A DNA stretch of 64,000 nt from Eledone cirrhosa (lineage: Eukaryota), in NCBI GenBank assembly GCA_964016885.1, contig OZ024740.1, forward strand, positions 377,146,001 through 377,210,000, given 5' to 3'. Positions 11,989 through 26,184 of this stretch are shown here, piece after piece (position 1 is the stretch's first letter; the number at the start of each line of letters is the position of its first letter). The position numbers and the translations under genes are program-made. A model generated the notes under the pieces. It did not search any database. It saw only the letters and a program-made list of their open reading frames with translations, and was not told where the DNA came from.

Positions 11989-12388
11989 AAGGGAAAAAAT
12001 GAAACGAAATTTCATTTCCAACTCTTAGTACGGCTGTTACTTAAATATAAGTATGTATACGTACATACACATATGTATACAGACGTACAGTTGTATGTAT
12101 ATACATACACACACACATATATATATGTACGTATGGATTCACCGAACACTTATTATAATGCTCAGTGTGTTTGTAAACAAACATCCGGTATTAAGCCGTA
12201 GTGTCTAGCAACCATCGTTGCTCGTTTGATCAATACTGACAAAGGAACGCTGTACTAGTTTCAAGCTTATTAGCTATCGTCAGCAACGTATACCTTCCTG
12301 CCAGATGATTGAACGTCTGAAAGTATATACTTTCCTTATGTATATTAACGGCTGAGCAGCCTAATTTGCATATCGAGTGGGTTAATCG
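11987..12388 (-). mobile_element. Family A copy
   Basis: Reverse-complement homology to 1-520 in permuted order; abuts (TA)n. Confidence 0.75.
12247..12289 (-). ncRNA. Type I hammerhead ribozyme, family A
   Basis: ACGTTG-CTGACGA-TAGCT-AATA-AGCTT-GAAA-CTAG-TA-CAGCGT; stem I shows a G-U to U-G double change relative to other copies. Confidence 0.85.
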
Positions 12389-12422
12389 GTGTTTTCTAAG
12401 CTTCATATAATGTCTCCCTATT

Positions 12423-12485
12423 TTATCTGATGAGAACGCAGATATCATCACATGATGATATTTGTTTTTGAAATGCGCATAATAA
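12423..12485 (+). ncRNA. Type I hammerhead ribozyme, family F (pseudo-LTR remnant 12390-12525)
   Basis: TTAT-CTGATGA-GAAC-GCAGATATCATC-ACAT-GATGATATTTGT-TTTT-GAAA-TGCGCA-TA-ATAA; homologue at 59416-59482. Confidence 0.8.
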
Positions 12486-12519
12486 TATACTTGGAATTCT
12501 TTTAAACATCTTTTGATCT

Positions 12520-12679
<160 letters not shown>

Positions 12680-12745
12680 AAGTTGGAAATAGCACGGGAG
12701 ATATATTTAAATGTCTGTTTTCTCTTTTTATTCGTCAAAGTGACA

Positions 12746-13246
12746 TTATTGAAAAGATAGTGTTATTGAAAAGATAGTGTTATTGACAAGATAGTGTTAT
12801 TGAAAAGATAGTGTTATTGAAAAGATAGTGTTATTGAAAAGATAGTGTTATTGAAAAGATAGTGTTATTGAAAAGATAGTGTTATTGACAAGATAGTGTT
12901 ATTGAAAAGATAGTGTTATTGACAAGATAGTGTTATTGAAAAGATAGTGTTATTGAAAAGATAGTGTTATTGAAAAGATAGTGTTATTGACAAGATAGTG
13001 TTATTGAAAAGATAGTGTTATTGAAAAGATAGTGTTATTGACAAGATAGTGTTATTGAAAAGATAGTGTTATTGACAAGATAGTGTTATTGAAAAGATAG
13101 TGTTATTGACAAGATAGTGTTATTGACAAGATAGTGTTATTGACAAGATAGTGTTATTGAAAAGATAGTGTTATTGACAAGATAGTGTTATTGAAAAGAT
13201 AGTGTTATTGAAAAGATAGTGTTATTGAAAAGATAGTGTTATTGAA
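12746..13246. repeat. 17-bp minisatellite GTTATTGA(A/C)AAGATAGT, about 29 copies
   Basis: Head-to-tail units with a single A/C polymorphism; no spacers. Confidence 0.95.
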
Positions 13247-13586
13247 ATTTTTTTTCATGAAGTATTTAAAGTCTATGAAAAAATTACCGGTTTCGATGTA
13301 TTAAAATCCAACTTGTCAAATTCAGTGAAAAATTTTAATTAAAAAGTGAGTAAAAAAGGGTTTAAAATTAAAATTAAAATTAAAGTTAAAATCAAAAACG
13401 AATGTTTGAGCAAAATTTCTTCCATCATCCCTTCTGAAAATTTGGCATGGAATTGTTTTGTTTAATCTACTGGTCAAGAGTTCAAAAGGGGGTAGGGGCT
13501 TGTAGGAGCTGGCTACTGTTGTAGGAGCTGACTACTGTGGTAGGTTGGAATGTACGCATACCCCCACACACACACACTTACTTCGC

Positions 13587-13617
<31 letters not shown>

Positions 13618-13814
13618 GAAAAGAGTCAGGACCCCGACGGCTGAGCTCCATCCGTTTCGACAGCTAGATCTGCGTTCAGATCTAGGTGTCGAAACGGCTG
13701 GAGCTCAGCCTGCGGGGTCCTGACTCTTTTCCCATTACCCACTCTACTACCCTAAGTATCGAGTACTCTGGTCCGTTAGGGTCTTCATGGTTCCTTACCA
13801 TACTTCCTTCGTTA
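13618..13814 (+). mobile_element. Family B fold-back pseudo-LTR element (3' half of HHR plus tail)
   Basis: About 110-bp palindrome centred near 13674, then tail ending CTTCCTTCGTTA(TA)n. Confidence 0.8.
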
Positions 13815-13819
13815 TATAT

Positions 13820-14545
13820 ATAAATGGAAAAAAGGACATTTCATTTTCTCACTCTTAGTACGGCTGATACTTAAATATAAGTATGTATACGTACATACAT
13901 ATATGTATACAGACGTACAGTAGTATGTATATACATGCACACATATATATATATGTACGTATGGGTTTACGGAACATTTATTATAATGCTCGGTTTGTTT
14001 GTAAACAAACAGCCCGAATCATTAGCCGTACCGTGTACGGCAACCATCGTTTCCCTTTTGTTCAACACTGACAAAGGAACGATGAACTAGTTTCTAGCTT
14101 ATTAGCTGTCATCAGCACCGTATACCTTTCTGTCAGTCGATTAACGCCTTTACTTTCAGTATATACTTTCCTTATGCATATTAACGGCTGAGCAGCCCGA
14201 TTTGCAAACCGAGCATTATAATAAATGTTCGGTAAACCCATACGTACATATATATATGTGTGTGTATGTATGTATATACATACTACTGTACGTCTGTATA
14301 CATATATGTATGTACGTATACATACTTATATTTAAGTATCAGCCGAAATAAGAGTGAGAAATAAAATTTCATTTTTTCCATTTATCGTTTTCGGTACGCC
14401 CGGCCGACTAACTCACTCGATATGCAAATTGGGCTGCTCAGCCGTTAATATGCATGAGGAAAGTATATACTTTCAAACGTTCAATCTCCTGACAGGAAAG
14501 TATACGGTGCTGATGACAGCTAATAAGCTAGAAACTAGTTCATCG

Positions 14546-14546
<1 letters not shown>
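13820..14546. mobile_element. Family A inverted pair (minus copy 13820-14210, plus copy 14210-14546) with HHRs at 14079-14121(-) and 14504-14546(+)
   Basis: Both carry ACGGTG-CTGATGA-CAGCT-AATA-AGCTA-GAAA-CTAG-TT-CATCGT; the plus copy ends at the stem I 3' strand, then (TA)n. Confidence 0.8.
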
Positions 14547-14579
<33 letters not shown>

Positions 14580-14585
<6 letters not shown>

Positions 14586-15339
14586 AGATTTGAATGGATA
14601 CAGTTTAGTTGAAAGGAATTTATTGACACGTGTTTCTATAACAGTTACATAACTTAAAACAGCTATCTACAAACTTTTAGTTATGCAGACATTCAATATT
14701 TCAATGTTATTGTTTACTGTCATTTCATCAGAATAATATTACTGAGGACCTATTTAGTTTTTATAGAGAATATTAGGAGGAAGGGGTGAAGTTGTTAGAA
14801 GAATAGTTGAAGGAGTGGTTTTTCGATAGCAGTGAGAATTCTTGGTGGCAGTGATTAATTAGATTCCCATCTGTTGTTTTGACATTTTTTATAGAATATA
14901 TTATTCTATAATATATTCTATAAAAAATGTCAAAACAACAGATGGGAATCTAATTAATCACTGCCACCAAGAATTCTCACTGCTATCGAAAAACCACTCC
15001 TTCAACTATTCTTCTAACAACTTCACCCCTTCCTCCTAATATTCTCTATAAAAACTAAATAGGTCCTCAGTAATATTATTCTGATGAAATGACAGTAAAC
15101 AATAACATTGAAATATTGAATGTCTGCATAACTAAAAGTTTGTAGATAGCTGTTTTAGGTTATGTAACTGTTATAGAAACACGTGTCAATAAATTCCTTT
15201 CAACTAAACTGTATCCATTCAAATCTTTCTATTTTTCTCCGGATTACTTTTGGAACTACAACTGGAACCGTCGAGCAAACTCTACGTGAGCTGATAATCT
15301 ACTGTGTGTAATATTTATATTACAACACAACGGAAAAAA

Positions 15340-15343
<4 letters not shown>
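14580..15343 (+). mobile_element. Fold-back PLE 3' end: 325-bp-arm palindrome (centre 14906) plus one-sided tail
   Basis: 14580-14904 is the reverse complement of 14908-15232; (TA)n on both sides. Confidence 0.85.
15076..15192 (+). ncRNA. Type I hammerhead ribozyme with about 85-nt stem II (mirror copy 14620-14736, minus)
   Basis: TTATT-CTGATGA-A-ATGACAGT...ACTGTTAT-A-GAAA-CACGTG-TC-AATAA. Confidence 0.8.
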
Positions 15344-15380
<37 letters not shown>

Positions 15381-15383
<3 letters not shown>

Positions 15384-15970
15384 CGTTATACCGTTAATGC
15401 GTTTCTGTCTGTAAAGTTCGTTGACTTTTGTGTATGTTGTTCTTTTCATATTAACTGTTATTGTGTTTTAGTCGTTCAGCTTGTGTTTTGTTCAATAATA
15501 AATTATTTACTTGTTTTGATAAGTTTGTTGTGTATATTTTGGAGGAAACACAGTGTTTTAAGAAACGGATTTGTTCTGTTGTTATTGTAGTTTTTATATA
15601 ACAGAAAACAGTGTCTTTCAATAACCTTTCAGCTTGGCACAAGCTAATGCCATAACGGCGATGAATTAGTTTTGCGAGGTTTTTTATATGAAATTGTGTG
15701 TCGAAACAAATATTGTTATACTTGGGGAGGGTCATATTTGTGTAATATTGCCAGAATTAATAACAGAACACACTCACTGTTTGGTTGGTTTTCGCTTCTG
15801 TGTCTTTTATATCGGCAATCTAATTTATTCGGTCCTCAATGTTCCCATTGACTGACCGACGGTCAAAAATAATACAGATACAATATAGACACAAACACAT
15901 ATATATATTGATAAACTATATTAATTCTGGCAATATTACACAAATATGACCCTCCACAAGTATAACAATA
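15381..15970 (-). mobile_element. 5' end of a PLE (pseudo-LTR tail plus ORF start) with a short inverted tail copy
   Basis: ORF 15451-15735 MTLPKYNN..EQIRFLKHCVSSKIY resembles PLE N-termini; the same tail occurs at 58240-58435, 33388-33466 and 15920-15970. Confidence 0.6.
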
Positions 15971-15977
15971 TATATAT

Positions 15978-17323
<1,346 letters not shown>

Positions 17324-18525
17324 TGGCAGATATCAAGATATGAAAGATCTCTACTCAAACGCATATATGAAAGACAATATCAATGTCCTTACATGATTTA
17401 TCAGATACTGGAATGTACTGAAATGCACACCGAAAATAATTAAAAACATCATAATTCAAAAGATTATGGCGACTTTATAATTATCTGAAGTTCAGATTAT
17501 GAAGTATAGTTTGCTTTCTGGGTGAATATGAAGAGTTGTTTGTAAGAGGTTTATGGCTTAATGACTAACGTAACAGTAACAGATTATTACGCACCATATT
17601 TATGGCTGCATAAAATGATTAGGTAACTTTTATTGACGACGTTTCTGTCCAAATCAAAATGAAGTATACCTATGCACATATGCAAACAGGATATAAATAG
17701 ATGACGTATTGACAAAAAAGATACATAATTAGATAGATAGGCAAATATAGGTCACAAAGCGAATCACCTGAGATAGTACTTTCACCTCATTCTACGTATA
17801 ATCTTAGTGATTTAATTCTACTTTTCAATGTTAAAAGCATATTACTGATTTAATGAAATAAACGTTCATGCTATTACTATTGGTATAAACAGCATATATG
17901 TGCGATTCACTACGTGTGTCCAATGATTGGTATACATTAAAAATAATCTCCACCTGGTTTGGAAACTTTGGAATTGAAACATCTTATTCTCATAACCACC
18001 TAAGGATTACCATTTGATTAGAGGCAGCACTTGTTCATGTCCTTTGCAACCGAAGTATTTCAGATATTAGCGTTGAAACAAACTTCTAAAATAAAAGAAA
18101 ATAGCTGGAAATGACGGGGAGTGCGGAAATTATTACAATTCTACTGGTAGTTCTCAATCACCAGAAGTAGCGCCATCATTCTAAACACACTAACCAGTGA
18201 GCTAGTCAATGGTAGACCCTTTAAATAGCCAATAGTATTCAATCTCTCCCAAATGACAAACAAGCCCTTTAAAGAAAGAACGTTCAGAATGCTGTAGAAC
18301 GTGATACACATAAACGGCGAGATGGTCTAAGTAATAAATAAACAACAACAAACACACCTATTTCTAATATATAGAAAGATTATTCGTGATAAAAAGTGAT
18401 TGATACAAAAACAAATAAAATGACATGAAAATAAAACAACTCGTATTGGAGCTGTAAAGATTTACTGGAAATGCTGTCTTGCCTATTTTACTAATTTATT
18501 TGACAAAAACAGATTCACTGTTCCA

Positions 18526-18730
18526 AACTAATAATTGTTTCTACTTTTGGCACAAGGCCAACACTTATCTCAGTGCATTACTGGTACTTTATTTTATCGA
18601 CCTCTTAACGATGAAAGGTTAAGTTAACCTCGGCGGGATTTGAATTCAGAACATAAAAATCAAAACTAATAATTGTTTCTACTTTTGGCACAAGGCCAGC
18701 AATTAGCCAATACCTTACTGGTACTTTATT
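18526..18730 (-). mobile_element. tRNA-derived SINE fragments (two partial copies)
   Basis: CTGGTACTTTATTTTATCGAC..GATGAAAGG..AACCTCGGCGGGATTTGAA, homologous to 63659-63878. Confidence 0.75.
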
Positions 18731-18827
18731 GAACTCAGTCCGTAATAATAGACAGAAATGTGTAACAAACTAAATTACCCACCAGTTTATCACCATTCTA
18801 TTGCTTTGAAAATGTCCATTTATGTCC

Positions 18828-18859
<32 letters not shown>

Positions 18860-19772
18860 ACATATATAATTACAAAATATGAGGAAATAATAAACAAAAA
18901 TATACCTATATTTTCTTCAAAGTCCCAACTGCAGTTTCGCCGATCGTGTGCAACGTTGTCTGAACTAAAAAATAAATCATCGCTGTGAGGTTGATACGGA
19001 TGATCAAGAGACCCTTCAGAAAAAAGAACTGTTTTATGTAGCAGAAATGGTGAAATATACTTGTTATCACCTTGTACTATAATTTATCTACATTTGAGTA
19101 TGCAATAAATATTTGTAGATACATTAGAAACTAAGCTTATTGATCAGATAAATTTGAAACCATCAAGTTTGTTCAGTTATCTGTGCGCTCAATCAGTGCT
19201 GAGCTAGGGCTAAACAACATTATAAGTTTATATTACTGGTTCAGCTTTTATGTATCGTTGTTTATAGCTTTAGTATTTAAAGCAATACGAAACAGACGCC
19301 AAGATTGATAATGGTATAAACATTGATAATGGTATTCATGCAGAATACGTCAGGTGTGTCGTAATATTTGGATAGTTTTAAAATAATTTATTCTAATTGT
19401 GAACTTTTGGGAATAAAACAGCATGTCGTTTACAGCAACTACTCGCAAGTTACCAAAGATGAGGTGCAGTACGTTTCCATAATCTTAGTTATTTTAAACA
19501 TTTACAATGAAGACATGGAGTTGTAGATAAGAGCTAAATTTTGCTTTATTAAAAATAAACAATATTCATCTATACTACGGTTCGATTAGTTTGAACTCCG
19601 ATCGCTATCACATCTCATATTCCTACGTATGTACATAGTGCCAGATTATATTCGAACTAGAAACGATTCTGATGCTATATAACAACCAGGAATATAAAAA
19701 CTGATGAGGATCTGAGAGCAAAACCATCAAATTGCATATAAAATCTAAACACGTTAAATATATATATATATA

Positions 19773-19983
19773 TTATTTAGGTTTGAAGGTTCAACACTGG
19801 ATAGAGCTGGTCATTCAGTATGGTCAATCTTGATGTAATAATATGTTACATTCATTTATTATATTTCGAATACCTGATGATATCACCGGATTCATACGGA
19901 ACCCGGTCATTCAAATGATCATAGTATAATAAACCTTTCAAGGATTTACACAAGTCCAGCCTCCTGTTATTTTATAATAATAA

Positions 19984-19987
<4 letters not shown>
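19773..19987 (+). mobile_element. Pseudo-LTR remnant between TA tracts with degenerate HHR (19868-19912)
   Basis: GAATAC-CTGATGA-TAT...ATA-C-GGAA-CCCGG-TC-ATTC. Confidence 0.4.
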
Positions 19988-20033
<46 letters not shown>

Positions 20034-20035
<2 letters not shown>

Positions 20036-22917
20036 AATTAAAATACTAGAGTGTGTTGGAGTTACACACCCTCTTCGTATTATAGAAATGACAGTAAAAG
20101 TATAGCTCAATGTAATTAAACAGAGCCGAAGAATTATGAAAATAAACCAAAGAAGCCTTCAATACATCAAAAGTCTTTATTAGCCAACAATGTTTCGTCA
20201 TATTAAGGACTCATCAGGGCAATTAAAGCTATAAGAAGCACTATCGGCCAATAGAAGCCAAACAACTCAGAAGAATATGGAGTGTACAAACATTAAAGCA
20301 TAGGAAAATATCAAGTAAAAATTGCTAGGGAAGTGAATAACATTTTGAACCATATTACAAATATAGTCCAATGCAAAAACTAAAGCTAAACAAAGGTGGT
20401 AATATAGAGCGGGAATTATTGCACTAAATATAATATAATATAATATAATATAATTGATAATAATAATAATAATATTAAAATATTAAAAGGCCCAATATAC
20501 ATATATATATAAATACATATGTACACACATATACATATATATATCAATACACATTTCCATCAATCCAAGCACAAACTAACCCTTATTAAGAGTTTATATA
20601 TAAATAATAATAAAAATAATAATAAGAAGAATAAAAATAAAGATAAAAATAAGGATAAAAATATGGATAAAAATATAATACATATATTATTTACAGTATA
20701 AAATGAAGAATAAATGAAGAATAAAAGATTAAAAGTAAACATATAATATATAATAAAACTATATAATTATATAATAGATAATCTCCGGTTAATTTGCACA
20801 AACAATATAGATGTTACAATAACACTATAATAACAATATTAAAGTATAATGGCATATAACTTAACAAATCATATAGAGTTACAGACCAGGTGAGAAAAAA
20901 TATTGTACAGAACTAAATTATGTTGGAAAAATTATGTTGGAAAAATATCAAAACCATTGCAAGAAAAACAGATGGATGTCAAATTTCTATACAATTGGTG
21001 TAAATAAATATTATCCAAACATTACAAAAATTATAAAAATACAAAGATATTACAGAATTTACAAAATTTAACATAGCATAATGGTACATTTAATAATCGG
21101 TAAATAATAAAGATCAGTAGTACGTTTACAAAGAGTGGAATGATATAAAACTTCAATATAAAATATTGAACTTAGTATAATATACATAATTACGTGGTTG
21201 GTGGAGAGACATTTGTGAATAAGTGAATGATAACCAGACAGAAAACTACGCACGGTAGTATAAATATATAAACAAAATCAACCGGAAATCGAAAAACAAA
21301 AACAAAAGTATTTACTTAGGTGTCACATGTAGTTAAGTAAAAAATTTAGGAAACAAACCCGGATAAATGACTAGAAAACCCCATTAAATTATTTAATATT
21401 GAAAGTATCTAAAATACATAAGTCAATACAAAATTAGCTATGGTTTAAGTAATAGAAATCTCTAAATTTAAAGATATGACTATAAAAACATCTGGAAAAG
21501 AATGAAATATTCAACTGATAGTTGAATATTTCATTCTTTTCCAGATGTTTTTATAGTCATATCTTTAAATTTAGAGATTTCTATTACTTAAACCATAGCT
21601 AATTTTGTATTGACTTATGTATTTTAGATACTTTCAATATTAAATAATTTAATGGGGTTTTCTAGTCATTTATCCGGGTTTGTTTCCTAAATTTTTTACT
21701 TAACTACATGTGACACCTAAGTAAATACTTTTGTTTTTGTTTTTCGATTTCCGGTTGATTTTGTTTATATATTTATACTACCGTGCGTAGTTTTCTGTCT
21801 GGTTATCATTCACTTATTCACAAATGTCTCTCCACCAACCACGTAATTATGTATATTATACTAAGTTCAATATTTTATATTGAAGTTTTATATCATTCCA
21901 CTCTTTGTAAACGTACTACTGATCTTTATTATTTACCGATTATTAAATGTACCATTATGCTATGTTAAATTTTGTAAATTCTGTAATATCTTTGTATTTT
22001 TATAATTTTTGTAATGTTTGGATAATATTTATTTACACCAATTGTATAGAAATTTGACATCCATCTGTTTTTCTTGCAATGGTTTTGATATTTTTCCAAC
22101 ATAATTTTTCCAACATAATTTAGTTCTGTACAATATTTTTTCTCACCTGGTCTGTAACTCTATATGATTTGTTAAGTTATATGCCATTATACTTTAATAT
22201 TGTTATTATAGTGTTATTGTAACATCTATATTGTTTGTGCAAATTAACCGGAGATTATCTATTATATAATTATATAGTTTTATTATATATTATATGTTTA
22301 CTTTTAATCTTTTATTCTTCATTTATTCTTCATTTTATACTGTAAATAATATATGTATTATATTTTTATCCATATTTTTATCCATATTTTTATCCTTATT
22401 TTTATCTTTATTTTTATTCTTCTTATTATTATTTTTATTATTATTTATATATAAACTCTTAATAAGGGTTAGTTTGTGCTTGGATTGATGGAAATGTGTA
22501 TTGATATATATGTATATGTGTGTACATATGTATATATATATATATATATGTATATTGGGCCTTTTAATATTTTAATATTATTATTATTATTATCAATTAT
22601 ATTATATTATATTATATTATATATAGTGCAATAATTCCCGCTCTATATTACCACCTTTGTTTAGCTTTAGTTTTTGCATTGGACTATATTTGTAATATGG
22701 TTCAAAATGTTATTCACTTCCCTAGCAATTTTTACTTGATATTTTCCTATGCTTTAATGTTTGTACACTCCATATTCTTCTGAGTTGTTTGGCTTCTATT
22801 GGCCGATAGTGCTTCTTATAGCTTTAATTGCCCTGATGAGTCCTTAATATGACGAAACATTGTTGGCTAATAAAGACTTTTGATGTATTGAAGGCTTCTT
22901 TGGTTTATTTTCATAAT
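20034..22917. repeat. About 2.8-kb near-perfect palindrome (fold-back PLE 3'UTR/pseudo-LTR), centre 21518
   Basis: 20133-21516 is the reverse complement of 21520-22917 (TCAACT-GAT-AGTTGA at the centre); mirrored ORFs in the ORF track; (TA)n flanks; extra tail 20034-20132 on one side. Confidence 0.95.
22830..22867 (+). ncRNA. Type I hammerhead ribozyme (mirror copy 20183-20220, minus)
   Basis: GCC-CTGATGA-GTC-CTTAATAT-GAC-GAAA-CATTG-TT-GGC. Confidence 0.85.
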
Positions 22918-23101
22918 ATATATATATATATATATACATGTCTTAAGTGATTAATAGTCCAAAACAAAATCTTTAAAAACAATTTAACTCATATATTTAC
23001 GAAAACTGAAATTATAATTGAACTATATATTTCAGCTATACCTGAAACTTTAAATCCTTTCTAATGATCAAAGCCATCATGTTATGGTGAGATAATTTTG
23101 T

Positions 23102-23102
23102 T

Positions 23103-23133
<31 letters not shown>

Positions 23134-23157
23134 CAGGTTTATGTGATTTTATACTGG

Positions 23158-23197
<40 letters not shown>

Positions 23198-23218
23198 GTT
23201 TATGTGATTTTATACTGG

Positions 23219-23249
<31 letters not shown>

Positions 23250-23273
23250 CAGGTTTATGTGATTTTATACTTG
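23102..23273. repeat. Three tandem units TCTCA(TA)nCAGGTTTATGTGATTTTATACTGG
   Basis: Direct read; TA tract length varies per unit. Confidence 0.9.
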
Positions 23274-26184
23274 GTATCTTTGAAGTGCTGTATCTTTATC
23301 ATTACATTAAATATCATTAAGCTGCCAACTTTGTATGAAACAAAATAAATTTTTGAAGATATTATTCCCAAAAGATATCAAACTAAATATCACTGTAAAA
23401 CAAACAATTAATTAACTTTGTTTGTATCAACGTTCTAAGCTGGAGAATCTTGAGCATACTACTCGAAAAACATTCTCCATGATATTGATGAAACATTATT
23501 TGTTGTAATCCTTCAGAGATAACTTCAAGAATTAAGACAGTTATTTTACTTTTGTCAACACAAATTTGATATGTGCATAAAGTGTACTACATTTATAGTT
23601 CTGTCCAAGAATCCATGTCACCTCAGTCGTAATGTATCAATTTCTTTGTTGTATATTTTGTGTATAATTTGAGGGCTGTGAAGAGTGTTGGATGCAGGCA
23701 AGGTGCCTAGTATCTTCGGAAAGCCCAGCACTTGAGTGCAACGTAACTAAATTTTCTCTCACAGATCCTAACCATGTGTTTCCACTGTAGTCATAACAAA
23801 TCGATTAGATTTTATATATATGGAAGCAAGAAACCATATTAATTGTGACACGACTAAATAAACTCTCGTAACACTTTTATCAAATATGAATGCCAATGCG
23901 AACTGAGACTGGATTCTAAGGCAGAAACGTGAGACACAAAAATAATTCATATAAATCATCCAAACTCCACTCTATTCTCTAGCAACCGCTGAAAGACATG
24001 AATTAACAGAAAACCGTAAATTATATTCTATGACACCTGAGTAATGTTGCCCATTTAAATACTATTTTTATATGAACTAAGAACTTAAAGGGATCGATTA
24101 TATAGTTTTGAACTATAATTATTTTAAACAAGATGAATAAAATAATGTATGCAGTTATATTTGCTGCGTAAAATAAGATTAGCGATAGATATACAAATGT
24201 ATGTTATTTTTTAAACATGTGATTCTCACGCAGTATAGCTAAATGGGTAAAACGTTTGCTTCATAACCATGATGTCCCGATTTCGGTTCCTTTTGAGGGA
24301 AGATGAGAAGATAAAAGGATGTTAGGAAGCTTGTAATTCACATTTTGCTACGCCGAATATTCCTGGTATTTATGTTAAAGTTAGATGTGGTATGGAACAC
24401 TCAGTGACTTACACGTTAATGTAACAAGTATGCTGTTCTGTTGTAAAAAAACAAGTGGAATATTTAGTGTCGAAGCCGGTGGGAGATCATTTATTATATT
24501 GTGGCATAAACATCCTTGATTTATATAGTGTTGTCTTTTTATTGTTTTGTTGTTTTTTTATCTGTGCAAGCTCTGGACAAATTGACAGATAATCAAACAG
24601 TTCCAGTCGTGACAATTTTGCCTCTTTGTACGAGACTGTATACCTAATATATCATTTAGGACAGCGTAGTACAATTTTTAAGGAAAGTTTAGTGCTATTT
24701 AGTTGTTCGACCAAGCGACTTTACCCAGCTTCCTCGTTGACCCAACCCATATTATACTATGTTGAGTTATTAGCTCAACTACGATCCTTTCCCATTAACA
24801 TTCTTATAAAGATAGATTTTTTGCCATCTTACCCCGGGTTAAAACAGGGTTGTGATTTTGACCCACTTCGTTGTTACTTCTGCAATTCAGATTTATTATT
24901 TGCTAAAGCGTAAGTGCTTATTAATAGCATGTTCACTGACATCTTCTTTTCTTTTAGAATAAAGATATATGGCATGATATATTCAGCTCCAAGACAACAT
25001 TCTGTCACACACCATATCAGCTGAGAATGACATATACGTTTTACTGGATTTATATTACATACGACGATGGAAATGTTTGAGAATAATTACAAAACGACAA
25101 AGTTTATCGTAAAAACACATGACATTGAAAGTGCAAAATATCTATGGCTTATCGCGTGTAACATTCTAAATTATTCTCGGATTAAAACTAATTCCATATG
25201 ATATTAAGTTTGAAAAATTAGATATTCAGTCTGTCCTTGACCAAGATGCATGCTATGGAAAAATCATGGCATCAACTTCTAATGGAAAACGTCTTGTATA
25301 CTGATTGCGAATGTGCATGATAATTTAGAAATGAGAAATATAAGAATGCAGCAGCTCTATAATCTACAATGAGTAATTTCTATTTTTCTTTGCGCTTTGT
25401 CGCTTTTGTACAGAACATTATGTACATTTGCGTGTTGATTTACATTGATCGCATTCTCTTTCTGACTTAACACGAGACAGTCATTATATTGTAAATATGT
25501 GATTTACTAAAATAAGATAACGTTTCACACTTGAAAATAGTGACTGGAAACGTATAGAAAATGTACAATTATGATCAAATTCTTCTATTGGATTTGGTAC
25601 GAATAGTTTAATGCAAAACAGCTATGGTTATAAAATTAAATAGGGGTATTTGTCCCAACGCGAGTATTACTGAATATGTGTTAGCTAACTATACAAATTG
25701 ATTTTGATTTTCTGTTCAAGTTAACTTACGTAGCTTATATCTAAAACCGGTTTCTTTTAAAATATATAGCTTTGCATCAAGGCTAAGAATGAATATGCTG
25801 CAGAGAAATTCCAGTCCATTGTCAGATTCAATGAACTCTTCTTTAATCTCCTGTAAAGTAATAAAGTATTATCCACCGAATAACTTTGATAATGCGAAAT
25901 GGTAACAGATATTCCGATATTTTAATTAATTAGCTCTGCAGTGTTTCCTATTTCTGGGTAGCATTGATTCTAGTTGTATCATGTCTTATGATATTCTTGA
26001 GTGGAACACGTTGAAATTTCACTAAAATATAAAATGTTAAGATTCAAATTCTGCACAAAATTTCGTGAATTTTTATTCATGATATACGGAAGTAAATCTG
26101 ACTGAGTCCTGTAAAGATATGTTAGAAACTTTCTTTGTCAGTATTACATAAAATACTGTCCCTGTAAGTATAAGCTCCAATTAG

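Noticed and set aside
11168-12201. Long ORFs rich in YI/CV/HT repeats (also 7959-8970, 31113-31607, 40322-40943 and many others)
   Set aside because: Stop-free translations of (TA)n, (TG)n and (CA)n microsatellites; no protein-like content
12746-13246. CRISPR-like array
   Set aside because: No unique spacers, eukaryotic context, no cas genes
21068-21968. Identical 61-aa ORFs on opposite strands as duplicated genes
   Set aside because: A by-product of the palindrome; no coding signature
23036-23087. Exon-like segment with TTTCAG acceptor and GTGAGA donor
   Set aside because: Stops in all three frames
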